The notes below the pieces were generated by a model that worked only from the letters and a program-made list of their open reading frames with translations, made no database searches and had not been told where the DNA came from. Below are positions 8,937 to 17,201 of a stretch of DNA of 40,788 bases, piece after piece. The DNA lies in contig CAZMKG010000001.1 in NCBI GenBank assembly GCA_964567015.1, forward strand, positions 51,488 to 92,275, given 5' to 3'. How positions within the stretch are numbered: position 1 is the stretch's first letter; each line of letters begins with the position of its first letter. Source of the DNA: an uncultured Gammaproteobacteria bacterium. GTDB lineage: Bacteria; Patescibacteriota; Patescibacteriia; Patescibacteriales; UBA12465. The translations under genes and the position numbers were made by a program.

Positions 8937-10175
8937 ATGCGTATTCTCCAAGTAAATAAATTTTATTATCCTCGCGGCGGCGCCGACAAATATTTTATAA
9001 ATTTAACGGATGCCTTAAGAAAAGCGGGGAATGAAGTGGCAATTTTTTCTATGGCTCACCCGGAGAATTTGCCTAGTGAATTCAGCGATTATTTCGTTTC
9101 CCGGATTGATTTTAACAATGGTTCCTGGCGCGATAAATTAAAATCTCCGGGACGGATAATCTATAGTTTCGAGGCCAAAAGAAAATTTAAAAAATTAATC
9201 GAAGATTTCCGTCCGGACATAATCCATATTCATAATATTTACCACCAAATATCCCCGTCAATCTTGGCTGTGGCTAAAAAAGCGGGGATTCCGGTCGTCA
9301 TGCATTTGCATGATTATAAGTTGATTTGCCCGAATTACCAATTATTCGCGAATGGAAAAATTTGCGAAGCTTGTAAACCGAAAAAATATTGCCAATGCGC
9401 GAAGAAAAAATGTTTTAAAGAATCATTTGCCCAAAGCCTGCTTGCCTCGCTTGAAATGTTTATTCATCATTCGGTTTTAAAAATATACGAAAAAAATATC
9501 AGTTTTTTTATCGCTCCGAGCGACTTTATGAAAAGAAAAGTTATAGAATTTGGCTGGCCAAAAGATAAGATAGGAGTGGTTATTAATCCTGTTTTTAAAA
9601 CATTTACCGGCGAAGATAACCGGTCGGAAGACAATAGTCAACCGGAAGAAGATTATCTTTTATACTTTGGACGCTTGTCAAAAGAAAAGGGGATTGATGT
9701 TTTAATCAAGGCGGCCGCTTTAACCGGCGTCAAGCTTAAATTTGCCGGCAGCGGTCTCGAAGAAGAGAATCTGAAAGAAGCGGTAAAAGAAGCCGGGGCG
9801 CAAGCCGATTTTTTAGGATTCAAAGATGGCATAGAATTACGCCAAATAATCTTAAAAGCTAAAGCAGTTATAATTCCTTCAATTTGGTATGAAAATATGC
9901 CCCTGAGCCTTCTAGAGGCTCTTAGTTTGGGGAAAATAGTCATTGCTTCTAATATCGGTGGTATCCCGGAAATAATAAAAGACGGAGAAAATGGCTTATT
10001 ATTTAATCCTTGCGATGTTAATGATTTAAAGACTAAAATAACCTTGCTTGATACAATCGACGCGCAAACGAGGCAAATAATTAAGGGAAGAGCGAGGCAA
10101 AGCGTCGCCGGCTTAAATGAAGAAAATAATTTAAAGGAAGTCTTGAAAATCTATCAGGCAATTCTTAAAAAATAA
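8937..10175 (+). CDS. glycosyltransferase, GT4 family
   Basis: RILQVNKFYYPRGGADKY at the N-terminus, and PSIWYENMPLSLLEALSLGKIVIASNIGGIPEIIKDGENG near the C-terminus. Confidence 0.85.
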   Translation: MRILQVNKFYYPRGGADKYFINLTDALRKAGNEVAIFSMAHPENLPSEFSDYFVSRIDFNNGSWRDKLKSPGRIIYSFEAKRKFKKLIEDFRPDIIHIHNIYHQISPSILAVAKKAGIPVVMHLHDYKLICPNYQLFANGKICEACKPKKYCQCAKKKCFKESFAQSLLASLEMFIHHSVLKIYEKNISFFIAPSDFMKRKVIEFGWPKDKIGVVINPVFKTFTGEDNRSEDNSQPEEDYLLYFGRLSKEKGIDVLIKAAALTGVKLKFAGSGLEEENLKEAVKEAGAQADFLGFKDGIELRQIILKAKAVIIPSIWYENMPLSLLEALSLGKIVIASNIGGIPEIIKDGENGLLFNPCDVNDLKTKITLLDTIDAQTRQIIKGRARQSVAGLNEENNLKEVLKIYQAILKK

Positions 10176-10210
10176 AAAAATAACCTCCTAAAACCGGGGG
10201 TTATTTTTTA
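10173..10210. terminator. bidirectional intrinsic terminator
   Basis: ATAACCTCC (10180-10188) pairs with GGGGGTTAT (10196-10204, one G-U pair). It is flanked by an A-run and a T-run and lies between convergent genes. Confidence 0.7.
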
Positions 10211-10227
10211 TATTGGTTATTGAATTA

Positions 10228-11508
10228 TTATTCAACCCGGAAAGCGATACTATAGTTTAACTTTGAATTATTGCCGCTAGCTTTTATATCATAGGCGCCA
10301 TTAGGCATATCAGGCAATTTAATCTTGACCGAGAAGCGGCCGCGATAATCGGTTGGCACGGTTATTAAAGAGCCGCCATTAAAATTAATATTTACCGTTT
10401 CTTCGGGAAGGAAACCGCCGCCGGATACTAGAATATCGGAACCGGAAGGCGCCGTATTTTTATCGAGATTTAAGAATAAATTTTCTAGAGAATAGGCTTC
10501 CGCTTCCGCAGTAGCGGTAACCGAAGCGATTTTATCAAGCTTATCGTTTAAAATTAAAATATTGGAATTATTAAAAACAATAATCTTGTCACCCTGGTTA
10601 TAAACAACTTTAAGGCCCATGGCCCAGCCGGCATATCCGCCCATATTTCCGGTCCAAGCGTAATCTTTTAATTTCATCTCCTTATCAAGTTTAACGACTC
10701 CGACGCCATTGGAAAAATAAACATATTCGGTATTTCCGCTCGCTGCCATATCAAATCCCTGATAATCAAGATGCTTAAAAGAAGCCAATAAATTTCCGGC
10801 TGAATCGAATTTTTTGGCCGCATAGTCATCGATAGCATAAATATAGCCATCAGCGTCTTGATAAGCGCGGCGATTTCCTTTTTCATACTTAAAATCAAGC
10901 GGCGCTTCGCCGGCAAGGGAAGTTGTCTTTAAATTATATATTTTTAAAGCGCTTTCTGACTCGTCAACGCTTAATATAAATTTTTGATTATCGCCGCTAA
11001 TATTATATGGGGCGGCGGCATTCTTAAAATCATAAGAAACAATCGATTCTAAATCGGTATTGAACAGTTTTGTTCCTTTGGCGCTGATAGTCGCCAAGTT
11101 ATTGCCGATTTTATCGATTCGATTATACCATTCCCAAAAAGAATTGGTTGTCTTTTTTACAAGGTTTAAATCGGCGCCGACAAGTTCGTATTTATAAATC
11201 GTATAGTTACTGACCGCATAGACGTATAAATGGCTATTTTCTTCGGAAAATTTTGCGTCGAAGAATTTTCCGTAGGAATTAAAAAGGGAATCGTAGGGAC
11301 GAATTTTTGTTAGTAAACCTAATTTTTGGTCTTCTAATTTGAAAATTTCAAGACTTCCGGTATTGGTCGTTAAGACATAAACGCTTTCCCGGTATGATAT
11401 TGCGTCCCCGGAATAATAAGATTGAGTGCTGCTTTCGCCTGATTTTGCGATAAAGAGGATAAAAATCAAGGAAGTTAGCGCCACTGAAAATATTGCTAAT
11501 TTTTTCAT
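10228..11508 (-). CDS. secreted protein with beta-propeller-like repeats and a C-terminal Ig-like domain
   Basis: Signal peptide MKKLAIFSVALTSLIFILFIAKS. Repeats include SVYVLTTNTGSLEIFKL, HLYVYAVSNYTIYKYEL, GYIYAIDDYAAKKFD, EYVYFSNGVGVVKLD and DKIIVFNNSNILILND. The C-terminal beta-sandwich-like segment reads SDILVSGGGFLPEETVNINF...YDIKASG. Confidence 0.5.
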   Translation of the reverse strand: MKKLAIFSVALTSLIFILFIAKSGESSTQSYYSGDAISYRESVYVLTTNTGSLEIFKLEDQKLGLLTKIRPYDSLFNSYGKFFDAKFSEENSHLYVYAVSNYTIYKYELVGADLNLVKKTTNSFWEWYNRIDKIGNNLATISAKGTKLFNTDLESIVSYDFKNAAAPYNISGDNQKFILSVDESESALKIYNLKTTSLAGEAPLDFKYEKGNRRAYQDADGYIYAIDDYAAKKFDSAGNLLASFKHLDYQGFDMAASGNTEYVYFSNGVGVVKLDKEMKLKDYAWTGNMGGYAGWAMGLKVVYNQGDKIIVFNNSNILILNDKLDKIASVTATAEAEAYSLENLFLNLDKNTAPSGSDILVSGGGFLPEETVNINFNGGSLITVPTDYRGRFSVKIKLPDMPNGAYDIKASGNNSKLNYSIAFRVE

Positions 11509-11548
11509 ATATTTTTTAGTTTTAGATAATTTTGCATTATATTAATAA

Positions 11549-11592
11549 ATTTGTCAATCGCCGTTGACAAATAAAAATAATTGTAGTATAAA
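11549..11592 (+). promoter_or_regulatory. promoter for the Wzz-like gene, embedded in a 9-6-9 inverted repeat
   Basis: TTGACA (11564-11569), 17-nt spacer, TATAAA (11587-11592). ATTTGTCAA (11549-11557) and TTGACAAAT (11564-11572) are exact reverse complements separated by TCGCCG. Confidence 0.6.
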
Positions 11593-11628
11593 TGGAGGAT
11601 GAAAAAATAATAAAGACAATAAGAATAT

Positions 11629-12417
11629 ATGGAATTTCATGAGTTTTTAAGCTTAATAAGAAGAAAGAGACAAACAATTTTTGTTATAATATTGACCGGG
11701 ATTATACTGACTGCGGTTTTTTCCTTGGCGCAAACCATGAAATATAGCGTCCATTCTCGTCTCTTAGTCGTCCAAAATTCAATCGGAGACGACACTTATG
11801 CTTTGTCAAAATCAAATGAATATTTAGGCAACCTTTTCGCGGAAATTATCCATTCCAGCTCATTTTACGATCAAGTCCTGATCTCTAATTTTGGCATTGA
11901 TCGAAGCTATTTCGACGGAACTTATAGCCAGCAAGTTAAGAAATGGCGCAAAACCGTTGAAACAAAAACCCAAAGCAATACCGGTATTATCGATATCAGC
12001 GTCTACCATCCAAATGTCCAAGAAGCTCGAAAAATAGCTTTGGCTATTAACAATATCTTAATTAGCAGTAATCAAAACTATCAAGGCGGGCAAAATGTTA
12101 GAATAAACATTATCGATCAGCCGCTTTCGTCTGTTTATCCGACCAAACCCGATTTGCTTTTTAATCTTTCGGCTGCCACTTTAATATCTCTTTTCCTTGC
12201 CCTGTTTTATATTTATGTTTTTCCGGAGGAAGAATATGATATTCGTCTTTTGGGAAAGAAAAAAAAGAAGATAAAAACATTAAAAAACCAACCGGTCGAA
12301 CCGTTAAAATACGAGACTATAAACAGGGAAACACCGGAAATAGAAACAACTGAAATAGAAACGCCGGAAGAGCGCGCGCCCTTAAATGGAAATATCAGAA
12401 ATATCATTGGGCGATAA
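11629..12417 (+). CDS. Wzz-like chain-length determinant / polysaccharide co-polymerase-like protein
   Basis: N-terminal LSLIRRKRQTIFVIILTGIILTAVFSLAQTMKYSVHSRLLV (basic stretch, TM helix, then a Y-x-hydrophobic run), a second TM near the C-terminus (LSAATLISLFLALFYIYVF), and an acidic Thr/Glu/Pro tail. Confidence 0.55.
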   Translation: MEFHEFLSLIRRKRQTIFVIILTGIILTAVFSLAQTMKYSVHSRLLVVQNSIGDDTYALSKSNEYLGNLFAEIIHSSSFYDQVLISNFGIDRSYFDGTYSQQVKKWRKTVETKTQSNTGIIDISVYHPNVQEARKIALAINNILISSNQNYQGGQNVRINIIDQPLSSVYPTKPDLLFNLSAATLISLFLALFYIYVFPEEEYDIRLLGKKKKKIKTLKNQPVEPLKYETINRETPEIETTEIETPEERAPLNGNIRNIIGR

Positions 12418-12431
12418 TAAAAAAATAATTA

Positions 12432-12460
12432 TTGACAGATATAAGGAAAACAGTCATAAT
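12432..12460 (+). promoter_or_regulatory. promoter of the two-gene barrel cassette
   Basis: TTGACA (12432-12437), 17-nt spacer, CATAAT (12455-12460). Confidence 0.6.
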
Positions 12461-12534
12461 TAGATGAAAAACTTTTTATGAGTTTTTTGAAAAAGAACAT
12501 TAATAATTGAATAATAAAATATAGAAATGAAGAG

Positions 12535-13446
12535 ATGAAGAAAAAAATTGTCTTTTTCTGGGTGATGTTTTTGACTGCGGTTTATGCTTATGGTCAAACT
12601 GAAAACATTCAGCCCCTTGTAGAATTTCGTGGGACAACAATGATTTCTGTTTTTGCCGGTGGTTATACCGCCCAAAAAAACGGAAACAACCAAGGAAATT
12701 GGTATGGGATGTATTTAGAACATTTGCCGGTTCGTTTTTTGTTTTCTGAATATAAGCATTTGAATCTTGGGCTTTCAGCCTTAGCTTCCAGAAGCTCATA
12801 TGAAGGAAACGATAAAACCAGTAAAAGTTCTAATACAAATTACGAATTTGGACTTGGTTTTGGCGGTGGTTTCTATAACTACCACTTTTCCAAAAATTCC
12901 GCTCTTTATCTTGGCGCTAATTCTTTAATAAAGAATGGTCAAGAAATTGTAACAGGAACAAATTCGTCAAGCTCCGGACGATATTTAGCTAATGAGTATT
13001 ATCTGATGTGGTCTTCTGAACTAAATTTAAACGTCATGAAGACGTATGAATCCGGTTTGAGAGGCTTGCCGCGAACGCAATTGCGGCTTATCTATCAGAG
13101 ACCACTCAAAACAAATCGCGACGCTTATTGGAACACTGCTCCGCTGTCAGAATCCTCTACGTGGGATAAGACAGCTTATATGAGTGAACTAAAAGTAAGC
13201 ATGTATCGTTTCGGTGAAAATTTATTTCTCGAACCAAAAGTTGTTGCCGCTTATCATTATTATGAAGGCGATGACAGCCAATGGCTAATCGGAGGAGTTG
13301 AATTTTCATTACGAAAATTGAATTGGGATGATTTCTTATCTCTTTCGTTTTCAGTGAAAAAACAGATTGGGAATTACATCCCGAATCTGAATGACGCCCA
13401 ATTTACTTTGGGACTAAACTTTATGCCTTTTAATTTTAAAAGGTAA
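12535..13446 (+). CDS. secreted protein predicted to be an outer-membrane-type beta-barrel (about 12 amphipathic strands)
   Basis: Signal peptide MKKKIVFFWVMFLTAVYAYG/QTEN. Repeated alternating hydrophobic/polar segments include NYEFGLGFGGGFYNYHF, YYLMWSSELNLNV, YMSELKVSMYRF, WLIGGVEFSLRK, LSLSFSVKKQI and QFTLGLNFMPFNF. The C-terminus is aromatic-rich. I recognise no family. Confidence 0.45.
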   Translation: MKKKIVFFWVMFLTAVYAYGQTENIQPLVEFRGTTMISVFAGGYTAQKNGNNQGNWYGMYLEHLPVRFLFSEYKHLNLGLSALASRSSYEGNDKTSKSSNTNYEFGLGFGGGFYNYHFSKNSALYLGANSLIKNGQEIVTGTNSSSSGRYLANEYYLMWSSELNLNVMKTYESGLRGLPRTQLRLIYQRPLKTNRDAYWNTAPLSESSTWDKTAYMSELKVSMYRFGENLFLEPKVVAAYHYYEGDDSQWLIGGVEFSLRKLNWDDFLSLSFSVKKQIGNYIPNLNDAQFTLGLNFMPFNFKR

Positions 13447-13490
13447 GAATGATGAAATAGTTGTAATTGTATAATTTAAAAAAATTTAAG

Positions 13491-14276
13491 ATGAGTCAGA
13501 AGTTCTGGTATTTCGTGTCACCTATTGCTGGCGCAATTATTGTTTTACTTGTATTGGTTATATGTGGTTTTGATTTTAAGTCTAAATCATGGCCACAAGT
13601 AGAACCGATAGCAGGAGTAAATCCTGTTGTGGTTGAAGATATAGATTCGGTAAATATCGCTTTGGGCGATAGTATCGTTTCTTTAAATGAAGAAAACGGG
13701 GCCTTAGAAGACAGTATTGTCGTTTTAAAGGACGTTATTGTTAAGCTAAATACGGCATTAGATAAATGCAGTAGCAGTAAAAAAACTGCTGCTAAGGCTA
13801 AACCGGTAACATCCTCTCAGGAACCACTTCAGAAAGTTGTTGTCGAGGTGGTGGTAAAAAATCCTGAAATAGCAGAAGTTGTTGCTGAAGCCCCCAAAAA
13901 GGTGGTGAGTCAACCAACTAAAGCTGTTGTTGAAACTCCGGCTATTGAGGAAAAAGTTATTGCTTGCTTCCGCACAAATGGAAGTAAAGACCAATATTTT
14001 CCTCATTACGCGATTGATCGCGGCGCGACTGTCAGTAATGCCAAGGACAATCGCAAATTAGGGTATAATTATATCCTTAATCCGGTCGAATCAATCTCCG
14101 GGAGTGTGCCTGGTATTACAAAGGAAGGCGTCTTTTTCGTTCCCGTATCTTACTTGAAAAAGTATCTCAATATGTCAGGGGAATCTCTGAAATATGTTGA
14201 TTTACTTTATGAGGAAAACTGGGATGGAGTACGCATGACTCTCCAAGGAGAGTACTACGTATATCATTCTAGGTAA
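13491..14276 (+). CDS. membrane-anchored protein: N-terminal TM, short coiled-coil repeat, Pro/Val/Lys/Glu-rich spacer, globular C-domain (TonB/TolA-like layout)
   Basis: The ORF-track start at 13467 is a TTG, so I prefer the ATG at 13491 (MSQKFWYFVSPIAGAIIVLLVLVICGF). A DSIVSLNEENGALEDSIVVLKDVIVKLN repeat is followed by the spacer AKPVTSSQEPLQKVVVEVVVKNPEIAEVVAEAPKKVVSQPTKAVVETPAIEEKV and then an unrecognised domain of about 110 aa. Confidence 0.5.
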   Translation: MSQKFWYFVSPIAGAIIVLLVLVICGFDFKSKSWPQVEPIAGVNPVVVEDIDSVNIALGDSIVSLNEENGALEDSIVVLKDVIVKLNTALDKCSSSKKTAAKAKPVTSSQEPLQKVVVEVVVKNPEIAEVVAEAPKKVVSQPTKAVVETPAIEEKVIACFRTNGSKDQYFPHYAIDRGATVSNAKDNRKLGYNYILNPVESISGSVPGITKEGVFFVPVSYLKKYLNMSGESLKYVDLLYEENWDGVRMTLQGEYYVYHSR

Positions 14277-14299
14277 AAGTGAAAATTAGTTTAATTTAG

Positions 14300-14339
14300 C
14301 CCTCAGGACACATCGTTGTTCTGGGGGTTTTATTTTTTC
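14300..14339 (+). terminator. intrinsic terminator closing the cassette
   Basis: CCCTCAGGAC (14300-14309) pairs with GTTCTGGGGG (14318-14327, two G-U pairs), followed by TTTTATTTTTTC. Confidence 0.7.
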
Positions 14340-14371
14340 TTGACAAATATTTATAAATATCCCATTACCTA

Positions 14372-14400
14372 TTGACAAATTATAAAAATATTTTTATAAT
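14372..14400 (+). promoter_or_regulatory. consensus sigma70 promoter for GT4 plus the lipoprotein gene
   Basis: TTGACA (14372-14377), 17-nt spacer, TATAAT (14395-14400). A second TTGACAAAT lies at 14340-14348 with a poorer -10. Confidence 0.7.
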
Positions 14401-14420
14401 ATCTTATTACATCATCGAAT

Positions 14421-15506
14421 ATGACCATCGCTTTTATTGGGCAAAAGGGAATTCCCGCCAAAAATGGCGGAGTTGATCGCCACGTCGAAAACCTGGCGAG
14501 ATTTTTGGCTGTAAAAGGAGAAAAAGTTATTGTTTATAATCGTAAAAATTATTTGGAAAATAACATTACGGAGTGGAAAGGGGTTAAATTAGTTTATCTT
14601 CCGTTTATCGATTGCCAAAATTTAGCGGCGATAACTCATGGATTTTTAGCGACTATCGACGCTATTAAGCGCAAGGTCGATGTTATTCATTATCATGGAA
14701 TCGGGCCGTCTCTTTTAGCTTGGATACCGCGCGTTTTCGCGCCAAAAATAAAAGTGGTCGCTACTTTGCATAGTTTTGATTATGGTAATGACAAATGGAG
14801 CGGTTTTGCTAAATTAATGCTTAAACTCGGCGAAGTCAGCATGTGTCGCTTTGCGCATGAAATTATTGTTTTAACAGAAACGATGCGTGATTATTTATTA
14901 CAAAGACATGGACGCGAAAGTCATGTTATTCCTAATGGCGCCTATATCAATATTAATCACGGAACAAACAAACTTAACGATTTTGGTTTAAAAAGCGGAA
15001 AATATATTTTAAGTGTTTCCCGTCTTATCCGATTAAAAGGCCTTCAATATTTAATTCCGGCTTTTAAAGAAATTAAAAGTGATGAAAAATTAGTGATTGT
15101 CGGCGACGGTGATTATCTTCCGGAACTTAAAAAATTAGCCGCTGGCGATCAGCGAATTATTTTTACCGGCAACCAAACAGATGAAACTTTAGACCAGCTT
15201 TATACCAATGCTAAATTATTTATTCAATCATCAGAAATGGAAGGATTGTCTATCTCTTTATTAGAAGCGATGGCCTATGGCCTACCGTGTTTAGTAAGTG
15301 AAATTATCGCCAATCAGCAAGCAGCCGGAGAAACGGCGATTTATTTTACTTCCAAGGATATTAAAGATTTAGAAAAAAAATTAAATTATTGTTTAACCAA
15401 CCCGGAAAGAATGGCAGAAATCGGACGAGCCGGAGAAGAAAGGGCAAAAAATATTTTTAATTGGGAAAAAATTTCCGCCGACACTTTAGCAATTTATAAA
15501 AAATAA
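14421..15506 (+). CDS. glycosyltransferase, GT4 family
   Basis: IAFIGQKGIPAKNGGVDRHVENLA at the N-terminus, and QSSEMEGLSISLLEAMAYGLPCLVSEI (E-x7-E) in the C-domain. Confidence 0.85.
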   Translation: MTIAFIGQKGIPAKNGGVDRHVENLARFLAVKGEKVIVYNRKNYLENNITEWKGVKLVYLPFIDCQNLAAITHGFLATIDAIKRKVDVIHYHGIGPSLLAWIPRVFAPKIKVVATLHSFDYGNDKWSGFAKLMLKLGEVSMCRFAHEIIVLTETMRDYLLQRHGRESHVIPNGAYININHGTNKLNDFGLKSGKYILSVSRLIRLKGLQYLIPAFKEIKSDEKLVIVGDGDYLPELKKLAAGDQRIIFTGNQTDETLDQLYTNAKLFIQSSEMEGLSISLLEAMAYGLPCLVSEIIANQQAAGETAIYFTSKDIKDLEKKLNYCLTNPERMAEIGRAGEERAKNIFNWEKISADTLAIYKK

Positions 15507-15573
15507 TATAAATTAATTAATCAAAATAGTTCTTCACAATTAAATAAAATAAAGCAACAAAAAAATATAAGAA

Positions 15574-16101
15574 ATGAAAACAAAAATTTTTTGTATCATT
15601 TTCGCCAGCCTGTTATTAACGGGTTGCGAATATGTGGAGTATGCAGGGTTAGATCCTGATACACCAATAACACCGTCAGAACAAGGAGATACTATGGTTC
15701 TGAAAGAGCCGGTAGTAGCCTTTGCTGGTTCTGCGCCTGATGGCGCTTATACTGTACTTATTCTCTTCGCAAAAGAGAGACTAAGAGATATAACTGACAC
15801 AGTTATTTATTTCAATGGCAATGTCTCAAACTGGGAAAAGAAAATTATCCCAGCAAGCGACAAAAACTATGTCATTGATAATGGTCAGCCAAAAAAAGTC
15901 GCCAAAGACGGCTTATATATTGGGGCTAAATTTGTCCTGAAAGATAAGGGTTTGTATAATATTGCCCTTGTCCACTCAGGTAATAATTGGACGGATTTGT
16001 CCGGCTCCAGATTTATCCGTCATGACAATCCTGGATTAGTCTGGTTTGATTTCAATAACGGAGAAATAGCTTCAAGTGGCGATCAAATAGCCACTAAGTA
16101 A
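15574..16101 (+). CDS. small lipoprotein of unknown function (beta-rich)
   Basis: Lipobox LLLTG/C in MKTKIFCIIFASLLLTGCEY. The mature part is about 155 aa with no recognisable family. Confidence 0.6.
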   Translation: MKTKIFCIIFASLLLTGCEYVEYAGLDPDTPITPSEQGDTMVLKEPVVAFAGSAPDGAYTVLILFAKERLRDITDTVIYFNGNVSNWEKKIIPASDKNYVIDNGQPKKVAKDGLYIGAKFVLKDKGLYNIALVHSGNNWTDLSGSRFIRHDNPGLVWFDFNNGEIASSGDQIATK

Positions 16102-16106
16102 ATTAC

Positions 16107-16140
16107 AAAAGCCGCACCCTTACAGGAGCGGCTTTTAAAA
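16107..16140. terminator. bidirectional intrinsic terminator
   Basis: AAAAGCCGC (16107-16115) pairs with GCGGCTTTT (16129-16137), with inner CCT/AGG pairs. It lies between the convergent lipoprotein and corA genes. Confidence 0.75.
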
Positions 16141-16143
16141 TTT

Positions 16144-17109
16144 TTAACGCAACCACTTTTTTCTTTCAAAAATAAATAACATTATCGAGGAAGCAAATGT
16201 CATTAAGCCGATTATAATCCAAAAACCTGAGGGGCGATCAACAAACGGCATGTAGTTCGCATTCATGCCAAAAATTCCGGCCAATAAGCTTAGAGGGAAA
16301 ACAATAACGGAAAAGATGGTTAATGTTTTCATGATATTGGTCATACGATTATTTAAAAGAGACTCATTTGTATTATTTAAAACTTCAATCATTTCCTTTT
16401 GGTTATCGAGCGTTTCCCAAATACGTTTAGTGTGTTCGACTAGGCCGGCATAGTATTTTTTAATCGCCGGCTTTTCGACCAAGCTACTTTCCATAACCGT
16501 CAATTGCTGAAGAATGTTTTTATGATTTTGCATTATCTTGCGAATATTAATAATATTTCGCCGATTGGTTAAAATTCTAGTAACGGCATCTTTTTGGTTG
16601 CCGGAAAAAATTAAATCTTCAATTTCATTTAGATTAACACTATTATTGTCTAGAATCTGAAAACAACCGTCTAGCAGATGGCCTAAGATTTCATAGAGTA
16701 AGATAGCGGAAGATTCAAGAAAAAAAGAAACAAGGGAATCCGGACTTTTTTTTCCTAAATCAAAAAATTGCTTTAGCGCTTTAAGATTATTGCCGCTAGT
16801 GGAAATAAGAAAACCGTGACCGATAAAAAAATCTATTTCCCCGGAAACAATTTTATCATCCTTTAAAACAGGAAAATGCAGAACCAGAAAAAGATAATCC
16901 GGCCCTCTAAATATCTGTGGGCGTTGAAAGGAAACGGAGGCGGCGGAAGCTTTTAAATGAACCAGATTAAAATTATAATTTTTTCTTAAATAATCAATTT
17001 CATTTTTTCCGACATTTATAATATTAACCCACTTTAATTTTCCTTCGGTCCGTGGATTGTCGATAGTTAGTTCCTCGATTCGATCAGTTATTCTTTTATA
17101 ATTGGACAT
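16144..17109 (-). CDS. corA: CorA-family magnesium/cobalt transporter
   Basis: Two C-terminal TM helices carry the GMN motif (LLAGIFGMNANYMPF). The ORF-track start at 17118 is a TTG, so the ATG at 17109 (MSNYKR) is preferred. Confidence 0.85.
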   Translation of the reverse strand: MSNYKRITDRIEELTIDNPRTEGKLKWVNIINVGKNEIDYLRKNYNFNLVHLKASAASVSFQRPQIFRGPDYLFLVLHFPVLKDDKIVSGEIDFFIGHGFLISTSGNNLKALKQFFDLGKKSPDSLVSFFLESSAILLYEILGHLLDGCFQILDNNSVNLNEIEDLIFSGNQKDAVTRILTNRRNIINIRKIMQNHKNILQQLTVMESSLVEKPAIKKYYAGLVEHTKRIWETLDNQKEMIEVLNNTNESLLNNRMTNIMKTLTIFSVIVFPLSLLAGIFGMNANYMPFVDRPSGFWIIIGLMTFASSIMLFIFERKKWLR

Positions 17110-17201
17110 AAAAAACAAAAGTTTATTTTATTAAAATTTTCTTAAAATCTTTGACGAAAACCTTATTTTATAATAAGATTAAGATGTTGATATTATAACA
17201 T

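Noticed and set aside
11529-11557. Divergent minus-strand promoter using the left half of the 11549-11572 palindrome
   Set aside because: The -35 is perfect, but the -10 at a 17-nt spacer is only CAAAAT, and the perfect TATAAT (11536-11541) is just 10 nt away. It is reported as a possibility in a finding, not as a feature.
12334-12368. Tandem 15-nt repeat (CCGGAAATAGAAACA / ACTGAAATAGAAACG)
   Set aside because: It is in-frame low-complexity coding sequence (ETPEIETTEIETPEE) in the tail of the Wzz-like protein. It is not a CRISPR or a regulatory repeat.
12460-12799. Minus-strand ORFs of 77 and 99 aa across the cassette promoter and the 5' end of the barrel gene
   Set aside because: They span a promoter and a signal-peptide-coding region on the opposite strand, and no supporting signals are present.
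13467-13490. TTG start listed by the ORF track for the 269-aa protein
   Set aside because: The ATG at 13491 begins directly at the TM-anchor sequence, and the TTG lies only 20 nt after the upstream stop. The longer form cannot be excluded.
17110-17118. TTG start listed for corA (MFFM...)
   Set aside because: An ATG three codons downstream (17109) is the more conventional start. The difference is trivial.
17151-17179. TTGACG box upstream of the TagA-NUDIX gene as a promoter
   Set aside because: The best -10 at a 17-nt spacer is TAAGAT, and the true TATAAT is only 12 nt away. This is too weak to list as a feature.
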